Positions 38,503-48,327 of a stretch of 64,000 bases of DNA are shown piece after piece. The notes beneath the pieces were generated by a model. That model ran no database searches. It was not told the origin of the DNA and saw only the letters and a list, made by a program, of their open reading frames with translations. The stretch lies in assembly GCA_963712745.1 (NCBI GenBank), contig CAVQJC010000020.1, forward strand, positions 64,001 to 128,000. Direction: 5' to 3'. Each line of letters opens with the position of its first letter. The first letter of the stretch is position 1. The position numbers and the translations under genes are program-made. Source of the DNA: an uncultured Chloroflexia bacterium. Its GTDB lineage: Bacteria > Chloroflexota > Limnocylindria > Limnocylindrales > CSP1-4.

Positions 38503-39432
38503 GTGGCGACCCTGTCCCAGTACCTGTTCGTGGTCGGCGCCTTGCTGCTCTCGTTCGCCTTCGTGGGCAGCGTGGCCTACACCACGCTCCTGGCGGTCGG
38601 CCGCAGGACGGCCGGCCTCACGGTCACCGCAGCCGTCGGTCCGCGCCTGGCGACCGCCGGCCCTGTGGACCTCGCTCCCCCGCTGGGACCCGCGGAGACA
38701 TCGCCGCGTGGCTCGGCCACCGTGGCGGCCATCGCGTTGGGGCTCACTGGGGCTGCCTTCCTGGTGCTGGCGGGCTCGCTGCTGACGCGCGCCGTCGTGG
38801 TCGAGCGCGGTCCCTGGGGCAACATGTACGAGTTCTCCATCGCCTTCGCGGTGGGCATCCTGGGCGGCTACCTCTTCCTTTCCCGGCGCTACCCGATCCG
38901 CTCGATCGCCTTTCTGCCGTTGGGCGTGGCACTCTTCCTCGCGGGCTACGCGGCCACGCTTCCGGCCGCCATCGAGCCGCTGGTGCCAGCCCTGGACAAC
39001 CCGCCGCTGCTGACCATCCACGTGGCCATGGCCATGATCGCCTACGGGGTGCTGGCGGTCTCCTTCGGCGCCGCCGTCGGCTATCTCGCACAGGGCGAAG
39101 AGGACCGCTTCTCGTGGCTGCCCAGCCACGAGGTACTGGACGAGGTCGCCTATCGCTCGGTCGTCATCGGCTTCCCCATCTTCGCCACCATGATCATCCT
39201 GGGTTCCTACTGGGCCTCGATCGCCTGGGGCCGCTACTGGGGCTGGGATCCCAAGGAGACCTCGGCCCTGGTTACCTGGCTCATCTATGCGGTCTACCTG
39301 CACGCGCGCAGCCAGGCATCATGGCGAGGCCGGCCGGCAGCGCTGATCCTGGTCCTCGGCTTCGCGGCTGTGCTCTTCACCTACTTCGGCAACCTCTTCT
39401 TCAGCGGCCTGCACTCCTACTCCGGCCTCTAG
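38503..39432 (+). CDS. ccsA: Cytochrome c biogenesis protein CcsA/ResC
   Basis: PWGNMYE, WGRYWGWDPKET (WWD motif), GLHSY. Confidence 0.93.
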   Translation: MATLSQYLFVVGALLLSFAFVGSVAYTTLLAVGRRTAGLTVTAAVGPRLATAGPVDLAPPLGPAETSPRGSATVAAIALGLTGAAFLVLAGSLLTRAVVVERGPWGNMYEFSIAFAVGILGGYLFLSRRYPIRSIAFLPLGVALFLAGYAATLPAAIEPLVPALDNPPLLTIHVAMAMIAYGVLAVSFGAAVGYLAQGEEDRFSWLPSHEVLDEVAYRSVVIGFPIFATMIILGSYWASIAWGRYWGWDPKETSALVTWLIYAVYLHARSQASWRGRPAALILVLGFAAVLFTYFGNLFFSGLHSYSGL

Positions 39433-39555
39433 CGGCAGCCGGTTCATGACGGTCCTTCAGCCGCCCATCCAGCCGCCGTCGCGAAACCAGCGCTGGCCCT
39501 GGGCCTGACGGCCCTGCTGCCCGCGGCGGTGCCGTCGGGGATCAGGAACGCCCGT

Positions 39556-40574
<1,019 letters not shown>

Positions 40575-40578
<4 letters not shown>

Positions 40579-42185
40579 GCCGCCACCCCCGAGGCCCCAC
40601 CCACGCGCGCGGACGCTGCGGCCGGATCAAGGTAGTTCTTGTAGGCCAGCTCGAGCACGGCCTTCTCGCTGAACTCGTCACGCTGCAGCTCGCCCACGAC
40701 CGCGCCCTTGCTGAAGACCATGATGCGATGGCAGATGCCCAGCAGCTCGAGCAGGTCGGACGACACCACGATGAGCCCCTTGCCCTCCTCGGCGAGGTCC
40801 CAGATCAGGTTGTAGATCTCGAACTTGGCTCCGACGTCGATGCCGCGCGTGGGCTCGTCGAAGATCAGGACGTCCGACTCGGCGAAGAGCCACTTGGCGA
40901 CGACGACCTTCTGCTGGTTGCCGCCCGACAAGAAGCGGACGACCTGCGTGGGCGACTGGGCCTTGATGCTGAGGGCATCGATCAGTCGCTGCGTCTCGGA
41001 GTCCTCCTTGCCGGTCTGCATCAGGCCTCGTCGCACCACCGCGTCGAGCCTGGTGATCGTGGTGTTCTGCGCTAGCGTCATGTCGAGGATGAGGCCCTGG
41101 GACTTGCGGTCCTCGGTGAGCAGGCAGATACCCGCTTTCACCGCGTCCTTGGGCCCGCCCACGTGGATCTCCTCCCCACGGACGCGGATGGTGCCCGCGG
41201 TCGCCTTGTCGGCGCCGAAGATGGCGCGCATCGCCTCGGTCCGTCCCGAGCCGACGAGGCCGGCCACCCCGACGATCTCGCCCTCGCGCACACTCAAGGA
41301 GACGGGCTCGACGTTCCCGCGATAGGTCAGGCCCTCGACCGAGAGCAGCTCATCGCCGCGCTCGACCGCCGCACGGAAGGGGAAGCCCTCGGTCATGGCT
41401 CGCCCGACCATGAGCTCGATGACCTCGGACACGGTGACGTCGGCGACGTCTTCGGTGGCCACCCACTGGCCGTTGCGAAGCACCGTGACACGGTCGCCGA
41501 TCTCCTTCATCTCGTCGAGATGATGGGAGATGAAGAGCACGCCGATGCCCTGCCCCGTGAGCTTGCGGATGATCGAGAAGAGCTGGTCGACTTCGCGAGG
41601 CGTCAACGTCGCGGTGGGCTCGTCGAGGATCAGGACTCGCGCGTCGGTGAGGAGCGCGCGGCCGATCTCGACCAACTGCATCTGGGCGATGCCCAGGTCC
41701 TCGACCGGCGTGTCGGGCGAGGCGTCGAGGCCCACTTCCTTCAGCAGGCGTTCGGCCCGTCGCCGCAGCTCGCCGCGATCGACGAGGCCGCGACGCGACG
41801 GCAACGACTCGAAGGAGAGGTTCTCCTCGATCGTGAGGTAGGTGAGCAGATTCAGTTCCTGGTAGACGACGCGGATGCCGGCCTCGATGGCCTCCTGCGG
41901 GTCGTGGGCCAGGTACGGCGAGCCATCGAGGAACATCTCGCCGCCGTCCGGCTGCTCGACGCCGGAGAGCACCTTCACGAGGGTGGACTTGCCGGCGCCG
42001 TTCTCGCCCACCAAGGCGTGCACCTCGCCCCGCAGGATGGTCAGGCTGACGCTGTCGAGCGCTCGCACACCCGGGAACTCCTTGGTCAGGGAGCGCACCT
42101 CGACGATCGGCTCCCGGTCAGGTGACGCGGCGGTCGCGGTCGCGGATGCGGCCGTGTTCGTGGCGTCGCTTGACGGCAAGGTCAT
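40575..42185 (-). CDS. rbsA: Ribose-type ABC ATPase (double domain)
   Basis: GENGAGKST, DEPT, LSGGNQQK, DEPTRGIDVG. Confidence 0.92.
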
Positions 42186-42273
42186 CGAGTCCTCGCTCAG
42201 AGCTCCTGGGCAGATGATACAGAAGGTCGGCCGCCGGGGGAGGCCAACGACCGACCCTTCTCGCTACTGCTGG

Positions 42274-43305
42274 TTACTCGACGACGACGTTCTCCGCCGT
42301 GACGAGCTCGATGGGGGTCGTCTGCCAGCCGCAGAAGGACTCGCCGGCCATCTCGCGCAGGCCGAACTCGATGCCGAAGACGGCCATGTTGGCGCCGAAC
42401 TGCTCGATCGTGGCCAGCATGCTGCCGTCAGCGACGAGCGGGCGGACGCCGGGGATGTTGTCGAAGCCCACGACCGCGATCTCGCCGACCTTGCCGGCGG
42501 CCTCGAGCGCGGACACGACGCCGAGGGCCATGGAGTCGTTGGCTGCCATGACGCCCTGGACGTCCGGGTACTTGGTGAGGAAGTCCGTCATCACGCCGTT
42601 GGCGAGCTCCTGCTCCCAGTTGGCGGTGCGTGATTCGAGCAGGTCGAGGCCGTACTCGGCCACCGAGTCATCGAACCCGAGCTTGCGCTGGACGGCGTTG
42701 TCGGCCTCGGGGTTGCCCTCGAGGATGACGACCTTGCCACCCTCGCCGAGGAGCTTGCCGAGCTCGTCGCCGGCCAGCTTGGCTCCGGCGCGGTTGTCGG
42801 GACCGAAGAAGGCCAGATTGACACCAGCTTCTTCCTTGGCGGTTTCGTCAAGGGCGACGTCGATGTTGACGACGACGATGCCAGCATCGATGGCCTGGGC
42901 CAGCGGCTCGACCATGGCCCTGGAGTCGGCCGGGGCGACGACGATGACGTCGAACTGGCTGGTGATGTAGTTCTCGATGGCCTCGAACTGGGCGTTGAAG
43001 TCTCGCTCGTCCTGCATGCCCACGGTCTCGAAGTCGAAGAGGTCAGCGTTCTCGGCAGCGAACGCCTTGGCACCGGCGTCCATCTGCATGAAGAACTCGT
43101 TGGCCAGCGACTTCATGACCAGACCGACCTTGGGCTTGCGGCCAAGCTCCCCGGTGAGGTCTGGGATCTCGCCGGTGACTACTGCCACCGGGCATTCCTC
43201 TTCATCCTGGGCGAAGGCGACCGCGCCCGATCCGACGACCAGCCCGGCCGCCATGAGCGTGCTGAGGCCGGTGGCGAGCCAGCGGCTCTTGGTGATTCCA
43301 ACCAT
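42274..43305 (-). CDS. rbsB: Ribose-type ABC substrate-binding protein
   Basis: Signal peptide, KSLANEFF, AANDSMALG, VGFD. Confidence 0.85.
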   Translation of the reverse strand: MVGITKSRWLATGLSTLMAAGLVVGSGAVAFAQDEEECPVAVVTGEIPDLTGELGRKPKVGLVMKSLANEFFMQMDAGAKAFAAENADLFDFETVGMQDERDFNAQFEAIENYITSQFDVIVVAPADSRAMVEPLAQAIDAGIVVVNIDVALDETAKEEAGVNLAFFGPDNRAGAKLAGDELGKLLGEGGKVVILEGNPEADNAVQRKLGFDDSVAEYGLDLLESRTANWEQELANGVMTDFLTKYPDVQGVMAANDSMALGVVSALEAAGKVGEIAVVGFDNIPGVRPLVADGSMLATIEQFGANMAVFGIEFGLREMAGESFCGWQTTPIELVTAENVVVE

Positions 43306-43385
43306 TTCGGTGGATCCTCCTTGTGGCCCCCTCGGGGCCTGTCCTCTGCCGCGGCGAGCCGACCCATGTCAGCCCCCACGCTCGG

Positions 43386-43447
43386 TGCGCAACCGTTTGC
43401 GCAACCGTTTACGTCGCGAGTCTACGGTGCCCGTCTGTCGACGTCAA
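43386..43447 (-). promoter_or_regulatory. rbsB promoter TTGACG-17-TAGACT with tandem RbsR operator
   Basis: (TGCGCAACCGTT)x2 at 43386-43409 directly downstream of the -10. Confidence 0.75.
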
Positions 43448-43553
43448 GCAGATTCCTGGGAATCGCGACGTGACAGAGGGTTGCCGACCTCGGACGCCGG
43501 CCGCCCTCTGTCGATCGATGCCCCCGCGGTCGGGGCCTAGGGTCTGCCTGCTG

Positions 43554-44798
43554 CTACTTCTCGGGGTCCATCGAGAGCGGCACTACCAATTCGTTCCAGA
43601 ACTTGTCTTCGTCGATGAAGTTCTGGATGGCAGCCTTCTGCGTCCCGACCGGGCCGACCTCCTCGCGGAAGGCGAGGCTGCGCCCGTAGTCGAGACCGTC
43701 GTTGGTGTCGACGTCGACATGCACGCCGTAGATGGGCTGTGCCACGTCATCCTCGGGACGTGGATCGTCGTTCCAGGACAGGACGATCGAGGGATCGATC
43801 ACGTAGCCTGCAGCAAAGAGATCCCAGATGTTACCGATGGTGACGGGTCGGCCCTGGGCCTCGCGGGCTTCCTCGCGCGCGAGGAACAACTCCTGGATCC
43901 CGGGGAACGTGCCCTCGACCATCTGGTGGTAGAGGTCCTCGGGCATAGCGCCGGTGTTGGCGTTGGCCTCCAGCCCGGCGATCATCTGGTTGCCATACGA
44001 CGCATAGGACTCCGACATGGGATCGCCCCATTGCTGCCGCACAGCGACCTTGGCCGCCTCTGGATCGGCCCACCAGTTGAACTCCGCCGATGCCGACGAG
44101 TTGCCCGGCAGGTAGAACGAGCCGCCCATGTAGGCGATCTCCTTCACCTTCGACGGGAAGGTCGGATCCTTCATGATCGCGCGGGCGATGTTGGTGACCG
44201 GGCCGATGACCACCAGCGTCACCTCACCGGGATACTTGTTGACCGAATCCACCAGGAAGTCGACAGCCTCGTCGTTGCCGTCAGCGTCCGGCTTGCCCTG
44301 CTCGTAGACGTTCTCGTAGGACGGCGCCTCGCCGTACTTGCTCTGGTAGACCTCGACCCAATCGGCCATGGGGTCCCCGCCGATGGTGTCGTCGTAGTGG
44401 CCCAGGTAGCCAGGCCAGGAGACGACCGGGCTGATCACTTGCTCGGCCGCGAGGATCTCCGGGTCGAAGCGCCAGTTACGGATGCCGTAGCGGCTACCCG
44501 CGTAGATGGGTGTGTCCGAGCGCAGCGCTTCGAGCTGGCGGACACCGGTGGCCATGCCGGCCGGCATGGGCGTGTTGCCCGACACGACGGTCACACCGAG
44601 CAGGTCGATATTCTCGGCCCGGTCGAGCATGAGCATGGCCATGCCGTCATCGAACAGTTCCACCATGTCGGTGTCCAGGATGACCTTCTTGGCATCCATC
44701 CCCGGGTCGTCCTGGGCCGTGGCGACACCTGCCATCACGAGCACCATGGCGGCGCCCATGCCGATAGCAACCGCGCGGCCCATTCGTGAGCGTTTCAT
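43554..44798 (-). CDS. Secreted nucleoside hydrolase
   Basis: Signal peptide ending ATA-Q, ILDTD...DD, GPVTN, MGG, AEFNWWADPEAA, WD; SD GGGAGG. Confidence 0.88.
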   Translation of the reverse strand: MKRSRMGRAVAIGMGAAMVLVMAGVATAQDDPGMDAKKVILDTDMVELFDDGMAMLMLDRAENIDLLGVTVVSGNTPMPAGMATGVRQLEALRSDTPIYAGSRYGIRNWRFDPEILAAEQVISPVVSWPGYLGHYDDTIGGDPMADWVEVYQSKYGEAPSYENVYEQGKPDADGNDEAVDFLVDSVNKYPGEVTLVVIGPVTNIARAIMKDPTFPSKVKEIAYMGGSFYLPGNSSASAEFNWWADPEAAKVAVRQQWGDPMSESYASYGNQMIAGLEANANTGAMPEDLYHQMVEGTFPGIQELFLAREEAREAQGRPVTIGNIWDLFAAGYVIDPSIVLSWNDDPRPEDDVAQPIYGVHVDVDTNDGLDYGRSLAFREEVGPVGTQKAAIQNFIDEDKFWNELVVPLSMDPEK

Positions 44799-44876
44799 CG
44801 ATCCAAACCTCCCGTAGCTCTCCCGGACTCCCTGACTTGGCCGCGCGGCCGTGCTTGCGGCGTCTTCCAAGGGACA

Positions 44877-44937
44877 TGCAATCGGTTGCGCAACCGTTTA
44901 CGTGGGCATGCTAGGCCGACGCTGGCATCCATGTCAA
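44877..44937 (-). promoter_or_regulatory. Nucleoside hydrolase promoter TTGACA-18-TAGCAT with tandem operator
   Basis: TGCAATCGGTTGCGCAACCGTTTACG downstream of the -10. Confidence 0.72.
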
Positions 44938-45020
44938 CGACGTACCGTCAACGACGTACCGAACCGACAGCCATGGTGTCAGCCACGTGTCACAAGTCAT
45001 GGTGTCCGCCACCTGTCACA
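44933..45020. repeat. Two short tandem repeats
   Basis: GTCAACGACGTACC x2 (44933-44960); CATGGTGTCaGCCACgTGTCACA x2 with 26-bp period (44972-45020). Confidence 0.85.
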
Positions 45021-45237
45021 GCGCCCTACGACCCGGCGTGGTCACACCGCGAAACCTGAGCCGTGGTGCCGCGCGAACGACGCCGGACGGGCCTCGCTTG
45101 CACGGCACGCCCCCCCGGCATGGCTTGAACGTGAACACCTACGGCCTCGTGCCCGCGAACGGGCCTGCCGACGTGAGGCCGCTCGCTCGGATCGTCTCCT
45201 CGCGCCACGCGACCATGAGCAGTGAGCGAATCGGAAG

Positions 45238-45756
45238 CTACTCGCCGCTTGCGGCTGCCTTCCAGCCCAGCGTGCCCCGGTATAGGCCGGGCCACGAGCC
45301 CGGGATGACGATGCCCCCGATGAAGCGCTGGTAGAACTCGATGGGGCCGGCCGCGCCGATGATGGCGTAGGCGTAGCCCTGCTCACGCATGGCGTGGAGC
45401 GTGGCCAGGAGCAGCGCTGACCCTACGCCCTGGCCGCGGGCCGACTCGGACACGCCGGTGGGGCCCCAGATCCCCAGTGCGGGGGCGTCCCAACAGGCGA
45501 ATCCCAGCACCTCCCGGCCCTGCGTGGCGATGAACAGGCTGAGGGGCTGGTTGGCGAAGCAGCGCTCGGCCTCGCTCTGCCAGGCCGGCTCGAAGTGCTC
45601 GCCGATCCAGTCGATGACGACATGCTTCTCGGGCGCGATCGGCCGGCGGATGTCGACGCCCGCAGCATCGGTACGCGAGAGGTCCAGCGGTGGCAGATCG
45701 TAGAGCTTGACCAGGATGTCCGAGGGCTCGCGATCGCCGGCACCTGGCACGGGCAT
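45238..45756 (-). CDS. GNAT N-acetyltransferase
   Basis: GPTGV...RGQGVG acetyl-CoA motif, GYAYAIIG, FY. Confidence 0.88.
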   Translation of the reverse strand: MPVPGAGDREPSDILVKLYDLPPLDLSRTDAAGVDIRRPIAPEKHVVIDWIGEHFEPAWQSEAERCFANQPLSLFIATQGREVLGFACWDAPALGIWGPTGVSESARGQGVGSALLLATLHAMREQGYAYAIIGAAGPIEFYQRFIGGIVIPGSWPGLYRGTLGWKAAASGE

Positions 45757-45779
45757 GTGGGTCTCTCCTCCAGCTGGGC

Positions 45780-46706
45780 TCAGGCCAGGTGTCGGGCGAT
45801 GTCCTCCCGGGTGGGCAGGCCCGCCTGCGCGCCGGCCTTCGTCGTCTTCAGTGCCGCTCCCACCATGGCCCAGCGCAGGGCCTCACGCAACTCCGCCCCA
45901 CGAGCGAGCTCGGCAGCGAGGATGCCGTTGAGCGCATCTCCAGCACCGGTGGTGTCGACCGGCTCGACCGGCAGCGCGGGAAGTCGTTCGAGCCCGGTCT
46001 CGTCGAGCAGCAGCGCACCTTCTGCTCCGAGGGTGACGATGACCGGAGCTCCGCTGCGTGCCGACAGCGCCCTCGCCGCAGCTTCAGGGTCGGCCTCGCC
46101 GGTCAGCATCTCCGCCTCGGTCTGGTTGGGCGTGAGGATGGGATGGAAGTCCAGGAGTTCTTCGAGGATAGGACGGGCCGGGGCCGGGTTGAGCACGATA
46201 CGCAAGGCGCGGGCGGCGGCCCAGCGCGCAGCGGCCAGGACGGCCTCGTCGTAGACCTCGAACCCGAGCAGGCAGACCGTCCCGACTTCCGGCCACAACT
46301 GGGCGACCTCCGCCTCGATCATGGGTCCGTCGAGCCGGCCGTTGGCGCCGGAGGCGACGGCGATCTGGTTCTCGCCGGCATCGTCGACGACGATGAGCGC
46401 GAGGCCGGTATAGGTGTCCTCTACCACCCGGCAGGCCCTGACGTCGACGCCGGCTTCGGCCAGGCCAGCCAGGGCGCTTCGTCCAAGATCGTCCCCGCCG
46501 ACGGCCCCCAGCATCGTGACCGCCGCCCCGACGCGGGCCGCGGCGACCGCCTGGTTGGCACTCTTGCCGCCGTTCTGCTGGATGAAGCGGCTGCCGAGCA
46601 CCGTCTCCCCCGCCCCCGGCAGGACTGGCACCCCCACGATGAGGTCAACGTTGATGGAGCCCGCGACGATCACCGCGGCGTTGGTATCGCTCATGGACAT
46701 GAGCAT
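45780..46706 (-). CDS. rbsK: Ribokinase
   Basis: GSINVD, GGKSANQA, NPAP, PN.TE, DTTGAGD. Confidence 0.93.
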   Translation of the reverse strand: MLMSMSDTNAAVIVAGSINVDLIVGVPVLPGAGETVLGSRFIQQNGGKSANQAVAAARVGAAVTMLGAVGGDDLGRSALAGLAEAGVDVRACRVVEDTYTGLALIVVDDAGENQIAVASGANGRLDGPMIEAEVAQLWPEVGTVCLLGFEVYDEAVLAAARWAAARALRIVLNPAPARPILEELLDFHPILTPNQTEAEMLTGEADPEAAARALSARSGAPVIVTLGAEGALLLDETGLERLPALPVEPVDTTGAGDALNGILAAELARGAELREALRWAMVGAALKTTKAGAQAGLPTREDIARHLA

Positions 46707-46759
46707 GGCGCACCCCTTGGGTCGGACGGACCGTCTTGGTTCGAGCGGTCAGCGGACAG

Positions 46760-46830
46760 GCAAAACCGATTGCGAAACCGATTGCGCAACCGTTTGCGTG
46801 AGCGTATAGTGCGCGCGATGGTCATGTCAA
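46760..46830 (-). promoter_or_regulatory. rbsK promoter TTGACA-18-TACGCT with triple tandem operator
   Basis: GCAAAACCGATT GCGAAACCGATT GCGCAACCGTTT at 46760-46795, divergent from LacI. Confidence 0.75.
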
Positions 46831-46864
46831 TGCCGCACCAGTCGCCTACCCTCGGGGGCCGACC

Positions 46865-47872
46865 ATGACCACCATCCGAGATGTGGCCGAGCGCGCCGGT
46901 GTCTCCACCACGACCGTCTCGCACGTCATCAACCACACGCGCAGGGTGGATCCGGGCACCGCAGCCCGGGTCGAAGCGGCCGTCGATGAGCTGGGCTATC
47001 GGCCCAATGCGCTGGCTCGCAGCATGCGCCGGGGCCGCACCCACACCGTGGGCGTGGTCGTCCCGGATATCGCCAACCCCTTCTTCGGCGACCTCGCCCG
47101 CAGCCTCGAAGACCATATGTTCGAGCGCGGCTACAGCGCCATCATCTGCAACTCCGACGGTGATCCGGCCAAGGAAGCGCGCTACCTCGACGTGCTGTTG
47201 TCGAAGAAGGTCGACGGGCTCGTACTCATCGCCGCCAGCCAGCCCTCGGAGGGCTTCGTGCATCTGATCGAGCGCGGACCACCGACCATCCTGGTCGATC
47301 GCGAACTCGGGGATGTACCGGTGTCCCAGGTCATGGTCGAGAACCGGCGCGGTGGCTATCTGGCCGGGCGCCACCTGATCGAGCTGGGCCACCGGGACAT
47401 CGCCGTCATCGCCGGCCCTGGCGGGCTGGGCACCAGCGCCCGGCGCCTTCAGGGGTTCCAGGCCGCCCTCGATGAGGCCGGCATCGACCTGCCGGAGAGC
47501 CGCATCTATCGGGGGGACTTCCGGGCCGCCAGTGGCCGGGTGGCCATGGAGGCCTGGCTCGCGGCCGTCGACCCGCCCACGGCGGTCTTCGCTGAGAACG
47601 ACCTCATGGCCGTAGGCGCGCTCAGCGCGGCCCACGCTGCCGACGTCGACGTGCCCGGCCAGCTGTCCGTGGTCGGCTTCGATGGCATCGCCTTCGGGGC
47701 CGATGTGACGCCGCCGTTGACCACTGTCGCCCAGTCCATCAACGACGTCGCGGCGGCCGCCATCGAGCTGCTCTTCGAACGGCTGCGCGACCAGGACGCC
47801 GCGCCGCGACTGGTGGAGCTGCCAGTGATGCTGCAGGTCCGGGGCACCTCCGGCCCGCCACCGGCGCGCTGA
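46865..47872 (+). CDS. rbsR: LacI-family regulator (RbsR/PurR-like)
   Basis: TIRDVAERAGVSTTTVSHV, NPFF, VGFD, PPLTTV; divergent from rbsK. Confidence 0.88.
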   Translation: MTTIRDVAERAGVSTTTVSHVINHTRRVDPGTAARVEAAVDELGYRPNALARSMRRGRTHTVGVVVPDIANPFFGDLARSLEDHMFERGYSAIICNSDGDPAKEARYLDVLLSKKVDGLVLIAASQPSEGFVHLIERGPPTILVDRELGDVPVSQVMVENRRGGYLAGRHLIELGHRDIAVIAGPGGLGTSARRLQGFQAALDEAGIDLPESRIYRGDFRAASGRVAMEAWLAAVDPPTAVFAENDLMAVGALSAAHAADVDVPGQLSVVGFDGIAFGADVTPPLTTVAQSINDVAAAAIELLFERLRDQDAAPRLVELPVMLQVRGTSGPPPAR

Positions 47873-47961
47873 TCCGGACCGCGGCCGCCCGCCGCTTGGC
47901 GCTGGCTCGCCCCCGCCGGCGTCAGCGCCGAGTGCGCCACCTCCCTGCCACTGGACGAGAG

Positions 47962-47975
47962 CGAACGTCTGTTCT
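47962..47975. promoter_or_regulatory. LexA/SOS box (GAAC-N4-GTTC)
   Basis: CGAACGTCTGTTCT upstream of nrdJ. Confidence 0.5.
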
Positions 47976-48055
47976 ATCCTAGTCATCCTGTCCGCAGGCT
48001 ATCCACGCAGGCCGTTCACAGTCCTTCCACAACGTCCGCACGCTCGGAGGCAGGA

Positions 48056-48104
48056 CCGCAACATGTTGTGTATGCATGGTGACTCGAACCCCAACATGTA
48101 GTGG
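48056..48104. promoter_or_regulatory. Two NrdR boxes
   Basis: ccgCAAcATgTTGtgt (48056-48071) and cccCAAcATgTAGtgg (48089-48104), 33-bp spacing, upstream of a ribonucleotide reductase. Confidence 0.85.
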
Positions 48105-48112
48105 TTTCGGTC

Positions 48113-48142
48113 TTGACAGCGACGGTGGCCACGGTCCACAAT
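48113..48142 (+). promoter_or_regulatory. Housekeeping sigma promoter of nrdJ
   Basis: TTGACA-18-CACAAT. Confidence 0.6.
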
Positions 48143-48327
48143 CTGCCGACCGCCGCTGGGTTCGGGGAGTGCCCTCCCGAGCGATCCCAGGGAGGGGAAC
48201 AAGGGTCGGTGCCCACCCACAGAGCCGACCGCCCGGCGACGGGTCCGAGCCGCGCGAGCGGCCCGTCACGCAAGTATCCGAGCGCGCCGATGTCGTCGTT
48301 GGCGCCACACGTTCGAGAGGAGAGGTC

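Noticed and set aside
44933-45020. Possible mini-CRISPR
   Set aside because: Only two copies per repeat, no unique 25-45 nt spacers, no cas genes
48148-48327. Cobalamin riboswitch upstream of nrdJ
   Set aside because: No B12 box; such switches usually control B12-independent isoenzymes
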